Below are positions 9,040 through 16,773 of a stretch of 33,644 nt of DNA, in pieces. The position numbers and the translations under genes were made by a program. Source of the stretch: Sphingomonadales bacterium (GTDB lineage Bacteria; Pseudomonadota; Alphaproteobacteria; Sphingomonadales; Sphingomonadaceae); contig JANLRW010000191.1 of assembly GCA_031361925.1 (NCBI GenBank), positions 1 through 33,644 of the forward strand, in the 5' to 3' direction. Numbering within the stretch: position 1 is the stretch's first letter; the number at the start of each line of letters is the position of its first letter. The notes below the pieces were generated by a model, which had not been told where the DNA came from, searched no databases, and saw only the letters and a program-made list of their open reading frames with translations.

Positions 9040-10563
9040 TCAAGCCTCTAACTGGCGGAGCAATGCGCGGACATCATTGTCCATGTCGCTGTCCTGCTGA
9101 CGCAAGCCTTCGACCAACCGCACTGCATGGATGACGGTGGAATGGTCACGTCCGCCGAACTTGCGACCAATTTCGGGATAGCTGCGCGGCGTCATTACCT
9201 TGGCGAGATACATCGCGACCTGCCGCGGACGCACAACCGCCCGGGCGCGACGCTTCGACGACATTTCGCTACGATCAATGCGGTAATATTCGCACACCGC
9301 ACGCTGAATTTCGTCGATGGTTATCCGCCTACGACACGCACTCAAGATATCCTTCAGTTGCTCTTCGGCAAGCGTCCGGGTGATCGGTTTGCCGGTGAGT
9401 TGCGCATAAGCGAGCAGCTTGTTTAGCCCGCCTTCAAGTTCGCGGACATTGCGGCTAATCGTGCGTGCCAGAAACTCGATAACGTCTTCGCCGACCTGCG
9501 CTTCGGGCATTTTGGCGAGCCGCTGTTCAAGAATCAACCGGCGCAGTTCGAGGTCGGCTGGCTGGATATCGGCAACCAGACCCATCGACAGCCGCGACAA
9601 GATGCGCTGGTCAACGCCGTCTAGCGCCTGCGGCGCGCGGTCGGCGGCAACAACCAGACGTTTGCCAGCACCGATGATGGCGTCGATCGTGTGGAGGAAC
9701 TCTTCCTGCGTCGATACCTTGCCGATGATGAACTGGATATCGTCGATGAGGAGCACATCGACTGCGCGCAGCCGTGCCTTGAATTCCATGACTTCCTTGC
9801 GCCGCATCGCGGTGACGAATTCCCTCATGAACTTTTCGGCTGACATATAAATGATCTGCGCGTCGGGATGGACCTCAGCGTAAGCGTGGCCAATCGCGTG
9901 CATTAAATGGGTTTTGCCTTGGCCCGTTGCGGCTTGCAGGTAGAGCGGATTGAACAACGGCTTTTCAACCGATGCAACGCGCTCGGCAGCGCTTAGCGCC
10001 AACACATTGGTCTGGCCCTTCACAAAATTGGCAAAGGTCATGCGCGGATCGAGTGCCGAACGCACTGGCAGAGCTTCGGCCATATGTTGCGCCGCTGCAC
10101 GCTCGGGAACGCCCGAAGACCGCAGCATCTCAACACGCGCCGCGCCTGGCCGTGTGCGGATTTTCAGCTGTTTGACGGAGCCGTTGGTGCTGCTCCACGC
10201 CAATCGCAATCGGTCGGCATAATGGTCAGACACCCAGCTTGCGGAAAAATCGGAAGGCAACAGCAGCTCGAGCGTCCCGGTCAAGTCGCAAAAATCACCC
10301 AGCGCAATCGAACGAATCCACTGACCATAGATCTGTGCGCCTAGGTCGCGGCGAAGCCCCGACGAAATCGCCTGCCAGTCGCTATCTAACCGCGCGGCAA
10401 AGGCTTCATTTGGTCGACCACCGTTTTCTGGATGACTGACATGATTTTGCGATACCGTAATATTGTCAGCCACCTTGCGCTTGCCCCTCTTTTCCACCCC
10501 TTCCAGCACACCGAAACCGCGGCTATCGACCTCATCGTCCGGCCAAAGAGACCCCTCGCCCAT
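9040..10563 (-). CDS. dnaA: Chromosomal replication initiator DnaA
   Basis: FNPLYL..TGQGKTHL (Walker A), LLIDDIQF (Walker B), NVRELEG, RQVAMYL, IGRKFGGRDHSTVIHA. Start is ATG 10563 or GTG 10473. Confidence 0.98.
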   Translation of the reverse strand: MGEGSLWPDDEVDSRGFGVLEGVEKRGKRKVADNITVSQNHVSHPENGGRPNEAFAARLDSDWQAISSGLRRDLGAQIYGQWIRSIALGDFCDLTGTLELLLPSDFSASWVSDHYADRLRLAWSSTNGSVKQLKIRTRPGAARVEMLRSSGVPERAAAQHMAEALPVRSALDPRMTFANFVKGQTNVLALSAAERVASVEKPLFNPLYLQAATGQGKTHLMHAIGHAYAEVHPDAQIIYMSAEKFMREFVTAMRRKEVMEFKARLRAVDVLLIDDIQFIIGKVSTQEEFLHTIDAIIGAGKRLVVAADRAPQALDGVDQRILSRLSMGLVADIQPADLELRRLILEQRLAKMPEAQVGEDVIEFLARTISRNVRELEGGLNKLLAYAQLTGKPITRTLAEEQLKDILSACRRRITIDEIQRAVCEYYRIDRSEMSSKRRARAVVRPRQVAMYLAKVMTPRSYPEIGRKFGGRDHSTVIHAVRLVEGLRQQDSDMDNDVRALLRQLEA

Positions 10564-10646
10564 TTGTCACCAAATGAGACGTCCTCCTTGTCCAAATCTC
10601 GATGTGAGGCACCGCAAAACTGTCGTCACGCGGTGCTGGAAACACC

Positions 10647-10676
10647 TTCATAGACAGGGTATTTTGAGTCGATCAA
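10647..10676 (-). promoter_or_regulatory. Putative dnaA promoter with a GANTC (CcrM) site in the spacer
   Basis: Minus strand TTGATC-gactcaaaataccctgtc-TATGAA; GANTC at 10666-10670. Confidence 0.5.
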
Positions 10677-10818
10677 GGGGGCGGCTGCAAAAAAAATGAA
10701 ATAAAGACTGTTGACACGGGTCAAGCGCAGCAATTGCGTAAACTAATTTACAAGGCCCTGTTCTGCCTCATTTTTTCTCGAACAACGTGACCCTCTGCCG
10801 CCCGAATCGCCGGAAATG

Positions 10819-10840
10819 CTTGTCATCAACTTGTCATCAA
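10819..10840 (+). repeat. Perfect 11-bp tandem repeat resembling a Pho box / OmpR-family site
   Basis: CTTGTCATCAA-CTTGTCATCAA. Confidence 0.7.
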
Positions 10841-10846
10841 ATCCCC

Positions 10847-10879
10847 AAAAGAAAAACCCGCCGGATCACAGGCGGGTTT
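10847..10879 (-). terminator. Rho-independent terminator of rpsT
   Basis: AAACCCGCC-ggatcaca-GGCGGGTTT stem, continuing into a T-rich run on the minus strand, about 40 bp after the rpsT stop. Confidence 0.85.
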
Positions 10880-10920
10880 GTCATGGATTGTCCGGACCAT
10901 TCCGGCGGCGCGACTCGGTG

Positions 10921-11184
10921 TTATGCCAGCGAACCAACAGCCTTCGTCAGCCGACCGAACTTGCGCGAAGCGGTGTTTTTGTGAAATACACCCTTGGAAA
11001 CACCGCGCGCCAGTTCAGGCTGCGCCGCCGCGAGTGCTGCAACCGCAGTCGTCTTGTCGCCGGCTTCAATCGCGGCTTCGACCTTCTTGATGAAAGTACG
11101 GATGCGGCTGACGCGAGCGCCATTGACTTCAGTGCGACGCGCGTTGCGACGGATACGCTTTTTTGCTTGCGGCGTATTTGCCAT
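10921..11184 (-). CDS. rpsT: 30S ribosomal protein S20
   Basis: [12 protein letters not shown]...SRIRTFIKK...[12 protein letters not shown]. Confidence 0.99.
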   Translation of the reverse strand: MANTPQAKKRIRRNARRTEVNGARVSRIRTFIKKVEAAIEAGDKTTAVAALAAAQPELARGVSKGVFHKNTASRKFGRLTKAVGSLA

Positions 11185-11248
11185 TTTAGTCCTCGAATTT
11201 CGTTAGATACGGGGCACATCCTGCGATGCCAGCCCGTTGAAGGAGCCG

Positions 11249-11277
11249 CCCTTAACCGCGCCTTGGAGATTCGTCAA
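11249..11277 (-). promoter_or_regulatory. Putative sigma70 promoter of rpsT
   Basis: Minus strand TTGACG-N17-TAAGGG followed by a GC-rich discriminator; a GANTC overlaps the -35/spacer junction. Confidence 0.6.
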
Positions 11278-11291
11278 CCTTCAAAGCTGCG

Positions 11292-12104
11292 CTATCGCTG
11301 GCATTTCGCGCAATAAAAGGTCGAGCGCCCCGAATCGACGCGGCGTTCGACCGTGGCCCCACATAGGCATGGCTGTCCCGCACGGCCGTAAACCAGAAAA
11401 TCCTTGGCGAAATAGCCAAGCTCGCCGTCAGGCGCGGCAAAGTCGCGCAAACTCGAACCGCCCGCCGCGATGGCCGAAGTCAGGACATCCTTGATCGCCG
11501 CCACCAGCTTTTCAAGGCGCGGCTTGGTCAGCTTCGAAGACACAGTCGTTGGCGAGATACCAGCCATATGCAGCGCCTCACACACATAAATATTTCCAAG
11601 CCCCGCGACGATATTCTGGTTGAGCAGCATCGCCTTGATCGGTGCGGCACGGCCTTTGAGTGCGGCGTGCAGAACGCCCGTGTCGAAGTCATCGGCCAAC
11701 GGCTCCGGTCCCATGGTAACGAAAGCCTTATAGGCCATCAGCTCACCCGTCGGCATGATGTCGAGCGACCCGAACCGCCGGTGATCGTTCAGCGCGACCA
11801 CCCGACCATTATCCGTTTCCAAGATGAAATGGTCGTGCTTTTCGATCTCCACCGGATCGACTCGCCACCGCCCTGACATGCCGAGATGGAAGATCAACAC
11901 ATCGTCGCGGTCGGTTTGGATCAGCCCATATTTGGCGCGGCGGCCAAGCCCGGTCACCCGCGCGCCTGTCAAACGCTGACGCAAATCAACGGGCATCGGC
12001 CAGCGCAAATCGGCGCGACGCGGTTCGGCGCGGACGATGGTTTGGCCATCAAGCACAGCGCGCAATCCGGCAACGGTGGTTTCGACTTCGGGCAGCTCAG
12101 GCAT
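11292..12104 (-). CDS. mutM: Formamidopyrimidine-DNA glycosylase
   Basis: MPELPEVET, RRAKY, HLGMSG, GLGNIYVCEAL, C-terminal zinc finger CLCG..RSTFYCAKCQ. Confidence 0.98.
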   Translation of the reverse strand: MPELPEVETTVAGLRAVLDGQTIVRAEPRRADLRWPMPVDLRQRLTGARVTGLGRRAKYGLIQTDRDDVLIFHLGMSGRWRVDPVEIEKHDHFILETDNGRVVALNDHRRFGSLDIMPTGELMAYKAFVTMGPEPLADDFDTGVLHAALKGRAAPIKAMLLNQNIVAGLGNIYVCEALHMAGISPTTVSSKLTKPRLEKLVAAIKDVLTSAIAAGGSSLRDFAAPDGELGYFAKDFLVYGRAGQPCLCGATVERRVDSGRSTFYCAKCQR

Positions 12105-12136
12105 CGCGGTGCGCTACCCAAGCAAAACGCCGCTGT

Positions 12137-12931
12137 CTATTTCCCAATCGAAAAACTGTAAGGGATATAAAGAAACACCTCGGTATTGCTGACCTGTTTC
12201 CATGCGATCGCATCGTCAAGGCCGCTGACGTCAACGCTGTAGTCCGGGCCGTAGAAACCAACGGCGTGCTTTGCCCCGTCGGCAATCCGGCGATAGATCT
12301 CATCGCGATATTGCTCGGGCTTTATGATGGTCAGCGCCAGACCACCCTTTTGTTCGATCTGCGACCGACCGGTGACAGGCACCGCTTTGGCAAAGCTGCT
12401 GATCTTCGCTTGCGCGTTGCCGATCGAGCCATCAAGCTTGGTCTTCACCTTCAGACGCACCCGCGCGTTGCTGCCATCATCTTCGAACGCAGGCCCCGGG
12501 GCTTCATCCACATCGTCATAATCGTCGTCGTCTTCATCTTCCTCTTCAGCTACCTTGCCGCCGAGCCCGGGGAACTGGTCCTCCCAATTGGCCCGCGTGA
12601 CCTCGACCAATTCAAACTGCCCGGTCACAAGGCTGAGCCCGTCGCGTTTCGCCCGGTCGATGGCGGCAAGAAGCATCGCCTGCACCTCGCGTTTACGCAT
12701 GTCTGCCTCACGCGAATCGGAGACGATTTCGATATTGCGTACGGCTGAATCGGCCAGTCGCTTCAGCCCAATGACCGGAGGTTGCGCATCGGCTATCGAC
12801 AAAGGCGAAACGCTGTTTCTCCGCATCGCAGTGACAATGAGTTCACCGCTACCGCCATCATCGTCCTGCGCGAACGATGGAGCCGCGAAAAGCGCGAGAC
12901 CGCCAATGGCGGCATAATATATGGCTTTCAT
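12137..12931 (-). CDS. Secreted hypothetical protein with TonB-box-like motif and acidic insert (paralog B)
   Basis: Signal peptide ending SFA-Q, GELIVTAMRR, EEEDEDDDDYDDVDE tract; aligns along its length with 12943..13653. Start ATG 12931. Confidence 0.8.
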   Translation of the reverse strand: MKAIYYAAIGGLALFAAPSFAQDDDGGSGELIVTAMRRNSVSPLSIADAQPPVIGLKRLADSAVRNIEIVSDSREADMRKREVQAMLLAAIDRAKRDGLSLVTGQFELVEVTRANWEDQFPGLGGKVAEEEDEDDDDYDDVDEAPGPAFEDDGSNARVRLKVKTKLDGSIGNAQAKISSFAKAVPVTGRSQIEQKGGLALTIIKPEQYRDEIYRRIADGAKHAVGFYGPDYSVDVSGLDDAIAWKQVSNTEVFLYIPYSFSIGK

Positions 12932-12942
12932 GGCTTTCTCTT

Positions 12943-13653
12943 TCACTTCGGCACTATCGTATAGCGATAGGGCACGTAGAGGAACACCTCGGTGCTGCTG
13001 ACTTGTGACCACGAAACTTGGCCGTCGATGCCGTTGATCTGCACCGCATAGTCCGGTCCGAACATTGCGGCATGGCCCCTCGCATCGTCGGCCACGAGCT
13101 TGACAATGGACTCGCGATACTGATCGGGGTTGACGATAGTCAGCGTGAGCCCACCATAATTGTCCACGGTCCCGCGACCGGTTCCGGGGATGCTTTTGGC
13201 AAAGGCGTTGAGCTTCTGAGCAGCATCAGCTGCGGTCCCCATCAGCCGGACCTTCAACATCAGGTTTATCCTGCTCGTATCGACCCGCCCTCCCGATATC
13301 ATCGCGAGTGTCTCATAGTTCGCAGCCGTTACCGGTTGCAGATCGAAACTTCCGCTCACCAGCTCGATCCCGGCGGAGGGTGCCCGGTCGATTGCGGCAC
13401 GCATCATGCTGTAGATTTCACGTTTGCGGGTGTCCGCGTCGCGCGAATCAGAATTAAAGCCGATGACCGTAACCGCTGCATCTGCCTTGCGCCGCAGTCC
13501 GATCACCGGTCGGTCCTGCTGTGCATACGGTGCGCTGGCCCTGTTGGCAGTGACAACCACCTCACCAAGCCCGGGCACATTGGTGTCTTGCGCATGTGAC
13601 GGAGCAATCGGCATCGCCAGAATCGCAACCGTCAGGAAAAATGATGGTTTCAT
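12943..13653 (-). CDS. Secreted hypothetical protein with TonB-box-like motif (paralog A)
   Basis: Signal peptide ending SHA-Q, GEVVVTANR; RBS GGGAGG upstream; paralog of the next gene. Confidence 0.82.
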   Translation of the reverse strand: MKPSFFLTVAILAMPIAPSHAQDTNVPGLGEVVVTANRASAPYAQQDRPVIGLRRKADAAVTVIGFNSDSRDADTRKREIYSMMRAAIDRAPSAGIELVSGSFDLQPVTAANYETLAMISGGRVDTSRINLMLKVRLMGTAADAAQKLNAFAKSIPGTGRGTVDNYGGLTLTIVNPDQYRESIVKLVADDARGHAAMFGPDYAVQINGIDGQVSWSQVSSTEVFLYVPYRYTIVPK

Positions 13654-13770
13654 GTGCCTCCCCTATGCACTCAACTATCCGTCATTTCGGTAGGAAAGAC
13701 AAGCGCTAAGCGGTGACCGCACGGTCCGGCTTCGTGCAATAGACGCTTCGCATTTTGCACGTATCAGCCT

Positions 13771-13799
13771 TTGCGGCCTGCGTAACTATCGGCTAGGGA
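13771..13799 (+). promoter_or_regulatory. Putative promoter giving a leaderless or near-leaderless ubiE operon mRNA
   Basis: TTGCGG-N17-TAGGGA (GCTAG form), with the ATG 7 nt downstream. Confidence 0.45.
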
Positions 13800-13806
13800 C
13801 GCTGCG

Positions 13807-14538
13807 ATGACTGATACCGTATCCTTTGGCTATGAACAGGTTAGCCCCGAAGAAAAGACAGCGCGCGTCGGCGGGGTGTTTTCCAACGTCGCACGCAAAT
13901 ATGACATCATGAATGATGCCATGTCGGGCGGCATGCACCGGTTGTGGAAAGACACGTTCGTCCGCCGCGTAAAACCGTGCGATGGCGAGGATATTCTCGA
14001 TATGGCAGGGGGCACCGGCGACATCGCTTTTCGCATGGCAAAATCAGGCGCCCAGGTGACCGTGTCCGACATCAACGAAGATATGCTCAATGTCGGTATG
14101 CAACGCGCGGTGGAGCGCGGCATCGACACGCTGATCTGGTCGCCGCAAAATGCCGAGACGCTGAGTTTTCCCGATTACCATTTCGACGCCTACACTATTG
14201 CTTTTGGCATCCGTAATGTGACCGACATTCCTGCAGCGCTGAAAGAAGCGCACCGCGTGCTGCGCTACGGCGGACGGTTTTTCTGCCTGGAATTCTCAAC
14301 CGTCGAATGGCCGGGATTGGCGAAGGTCTACGATGTCTATTCGGACAAGCTCGTGCCTAAACTCGGCAAGGCGATTGCCGGTGATGAAGACAGCTACCGG
14401 TATCTCGTCGAATCGATCCGCCGCTTTCCCGATATGCCGAACTTCAAGCGCATGGTCGGCGAAGCAGGTTTTGTGCAGACAAAAGTCGAACCGATCATGG
14501 GTGGGCTCGTTGCCATCCATAGTGGTTGGAAGGTTTAA
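13807..14538 (+). CDS. ubiE: Ubiquinone/menaquinone C-methyltransferase
   Basis: VF..VA.KYDIMNDAMSGGMHRLWK, LDMAGGTGDIA, AFGIRNVT, YLVESIRRFP. Confidence 0.97.
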   Translation: MTDTVSFGYEQVSPEEKTARVGGVFSNVARKYDIMNDAMSGGMHRLWKDTFVRRVKPCDGEDILDMAGGTGDIAFRMAKSGAQVTVSDINEDMLNVGMQRAVERGIDTLIWSPQNAETLSFPDYHFDAYTIAFGIRNVTDIPAALKEAHRVLRYGGRFFCLEFSTVEWPGLAKVYDVYSDKLVPKLGKAIAGDEDSYRYLVESIRRFPDMPNFKRMVGEAGFVQTKVEPIMGGLVAIHSGWKV

Positions 14539-14550
14539 CATCCTTTCTGT

Positions 14551-16101
14551 ATGACCCGCCCTGCCACCCACATTCTCCGCTTGCTCAAATGGGGCCGCAT
14601 TCTCGCCCGCCACGGCGCGCTGCGCGCAATCGAGGATGACCGCAACACGCCGCCGCAAGTCAAACGCCTGTGCCGGATTGCCCGCATTGGCGCGCGCCAG
14701 CCCAAGGTTCCGGATTATGCAGGCGCATTCCGCGATATTGGTCCCGCTGCGATAAAACTCGGCCAGACGCTCGCCACCCGGCCCGATATCATCGGTATCG
14801 AACCAGCCCGCAACCTGCTGACCTTGCAGGACCAGCTTCCTCCGGCGCCGTTCGAACTGGTCTATGCCGAAATCGACACGAGCCTCAACAAGCCCGCCGC
14901 CGAACTGTTCGAATATATCGACCCCGTTGCCGTCGGTGCCGCATCAATCGCCCAAGTCTACCGCGCCCGCACGACCGAGGGCAAAGACGTCGCCGTCAAG
15001 GTGCTGCGCCCCGGCATCCGCGAGCAATTTGCCCGAGATATCGACACCTATGAATGGGCCGCAGCGCATCTTGAAGCGCTTGGCGGAGAGGCGGCACGTT
15101 TGCGTCCGCAGCTGGTCATCGCCAACCTCAAACGCTGGACCTTGCGCGAACTCGACTTGCGCCGCGAAGCCGCGAGTGCGTCCGAACTCAAGGACGCGAT
15201 GGTCGCGGTCGATGGTTACACGATACCCACGATTGACTGGGACCGGACATCGGGGCGTGTACTGACGCTCGATTGGGTGGACGGCGTCAAAATCGCTGAT
15301 ATCGCCGCGCTAAAGGCAGCCGGGCATGACCTCAAAGCACTCGCCCAAAAGCTGGTCCTGGTGTTCCTGCGCCAAGCGATATCCGAGGGCTATTTTCACG
15401 CCGACATGCACCAAGGCAATTTGTTCGTGCGCGCCGATGGCACAATCGTCGCCATCGACTTTGGCATCATGGGACGCATTAACCGGCAAGCGCGTTTTTG
15501 GCTGGCGGAGATCCTCTACGGATTGACGACGGGCAATTACAAACGCGTCGCCGAGATCCATTTCGAAGCGCAATATGTGCCGAGCTATCACAACGTAGAC
15601 GAGTTCGCGACCGCGCTGCGTGCCGTCGGCGAACCGACACGCGGCAAGCCAGTCAGCGAACTGTCGGTCGGCCAGATGCTCGACAGCCTGTTCGCGATTA
15701 CCCGCGATTTCGACATGCAAACTCAGCCGCATTTGTTGCTGCTGCAAAAGACGATGGTAATGGTCGAGGGTATCGCAACCTCGCTCGACCCCGAAATCAA
15801 CATGTGGGACGTCGCAGCGCCCTATGTCCGCGACTGGATACGCGGCGAACTCGGACCGGAGGCAATGCTGGCGGACGGGTTGAAGAAACAGGCCGACACG
15901 TTGAAGCTCATCCCCGACCTCATCCGCCGGTTGGACGACCAACTCCCCAAAAAAGGCGGTGCGCCGGAGGCTCCGCCATTGCCACCTGTGAAACTGATTT
16001 GGGAAAAGAAAGAGCGTAGCGGCGGCAGTTGGTGGGGCTATGCCTCAGTGGCGGTAATAGCCGCTTTGGCCGGCGGCGCGGGTATGTGGGCTTGGCTTTG
16101 A
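14551..16101 (+). CDS. ubiB: Ubiquinone biosynthesis kinase-like protein UbiB
   Basis: GPAAIKLGQ...TRPD, AASIAQVY, VAVKVLRP, FHADMHQGN, IDFGIMG. Confidence 0.96.
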   Translation: MTRPATHILRLLKWGRILARHGALRAIEDDRNTPPQVKRLCRIARIGARQPKVPDYAGAFRDIGPAAIKLGQTLATRPDIIGIEPARNLLTLQDQLPPAPFELVYAEIDTSLNKPAAELFEYIDPVAVGAASIAQVYRARTTEGKDVAVKVLRPGIREQFARDIDTYEWAAAHLEALGGEAARLRPQLVIANLKRWTLRELDLRREAASASELKDAMVAVDGYTIPTIDWDRTSGRVLTLDWVDGVKIADIAALKAAGHDLKALAQKLVLVFLRQAISEGYFHADMHQGNLFVRADGTIVAIDFGIMGRINRQARFWLAEILYGLTTGNYKRVAEIHFEAQYVPSYHNVDEFATALRAVGEPTRGKPVSELSVGQMLDSLFAITRDFDMQTQPHLLLLQKTMVMVEGIATSLDPEINMWDVAAPYVRDWIRGELGPEAMLADGLKKQADTLKLIPDLIRRLDDQLPKKGGAPEAPPLPPVKLIWEKKERSGGSWWGYASVAVIAALAGGAGMWAWL

Positions 16102-16126
16102 CCTGAATTGCCGGTAAACCGTCAGC

Positions 16127-16423
16127 ATGGACCGCGAACAAGCCATTTCGACATTGCAAACGCAAGAGACTGAACTCCGAAAGTCAGGGCTTACCGCGCT
16201 CTATCTTTTTGGCTCGGTGGCACGCGGCGAAAATGGCCCTAAATCAGATATCGATTTGGCTCGCGACGTTGACGCAAGCACCCGAATCGGTCTGTTTGAA
16301 TTTGCCGATATAATGATCCGGCTTGAGGAACAGTTAGATCGTAAAGTCGACCCAGTGACGCGTGGTTCCATGCGGCCACGCATCCGGGCAAGAGCCGAAC
16401 GGGATATGGTGCAGGTATTTTGA
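16127..16423 (+). CDS. Minimal nucleotidyltransferase (MntA-like antitoxin)
   Basis: LYLFGSVARGENGPKSDIDL (GS-x10-DxD) and R-K-V-D; 98 aa. Confidence 0.9.
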   Translation: MDREQAISTLQTQETELRKSGLTALYLFGSVARGENGPKSDIDLARDVDASTRIGLFEFADIMIRLEEQLDRKVDPVTRGSMRPRIRARAERDMVQVF

Positions 16424-16773
16424 CCGAGACAAACGAACGCGATCTTGACCGGCTGGAATTGATAGTCAAACGTGCAGCACATATCAAAAGGCGGATCGGT
16501 CGACTGGATTGGCCGTCATCTCTTGCTGACAAGGACGAAGCCGACCTCACCGCTTTCCGTCTTTTGCATGTTGGCGAATCAGCGCACAAATTGTCCGACG
16601 AATTGAAGGAACGCCATACCAACCTGCCTTGGGCACCGATTTACCGGATGCGGAATATCTTGAGTCATCGTTATGCAGGAATGCAAAAAATGCTGATTTG
16701 GGAAACAGCAAAAGAAAATCTCGGGCCGTTGCTCCAGATGTGCCGCGTGAAAATTGCCCGGATACTCGAATGA
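16420..16773 (+). CDS. HEPN/DUF86 ribonuclease (HepT-like toxin)
   Basis: VGESA..LS, PW..I..MRNILSHRY (R-x4-H-x-Y), IWET; 4-bp overlaps with both neighbours. Confidence 0.88.
   Translation: MTETNERDLDRLELIVKRAAHIKRRIGRLDWPSSLADKDEADLTAFRLLHVGESAHKLSDELKERHTNLPWAPIYRMRNILSHRYAGMQKMLIWETAKENLGPLLQMCRVKIARILE

Noticed and set aside
9895-9945. Non-canonical DnaA Walker A (AATGQGKT)
   Set aside because: The GxGKT core is intact and I recall similar variants in related sphingomonad DnaAs; no reason to infer loss of function.
10564-10920. Replication origin in the dnaA-rpsT spacer
   Set aside because: I found no TTATCCACA-type box cluster there; alphaproteobacterial origins are often unlinked to dnaA.
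12137-13653. Calling the two secreted proteins TonB-dependent receptors or fragments of one
   Set aside because: Both are complete, mutually homologous genes with their own signal peptides. There is no plug, barrel or terminal Phe signature.
16629-16769. 47-aa N-terminal extension of CoaBC in the ORF track
   Set aside because: It lies inside the HEPN gene in another frame; CoaBC similarity begins at ATG 16770.
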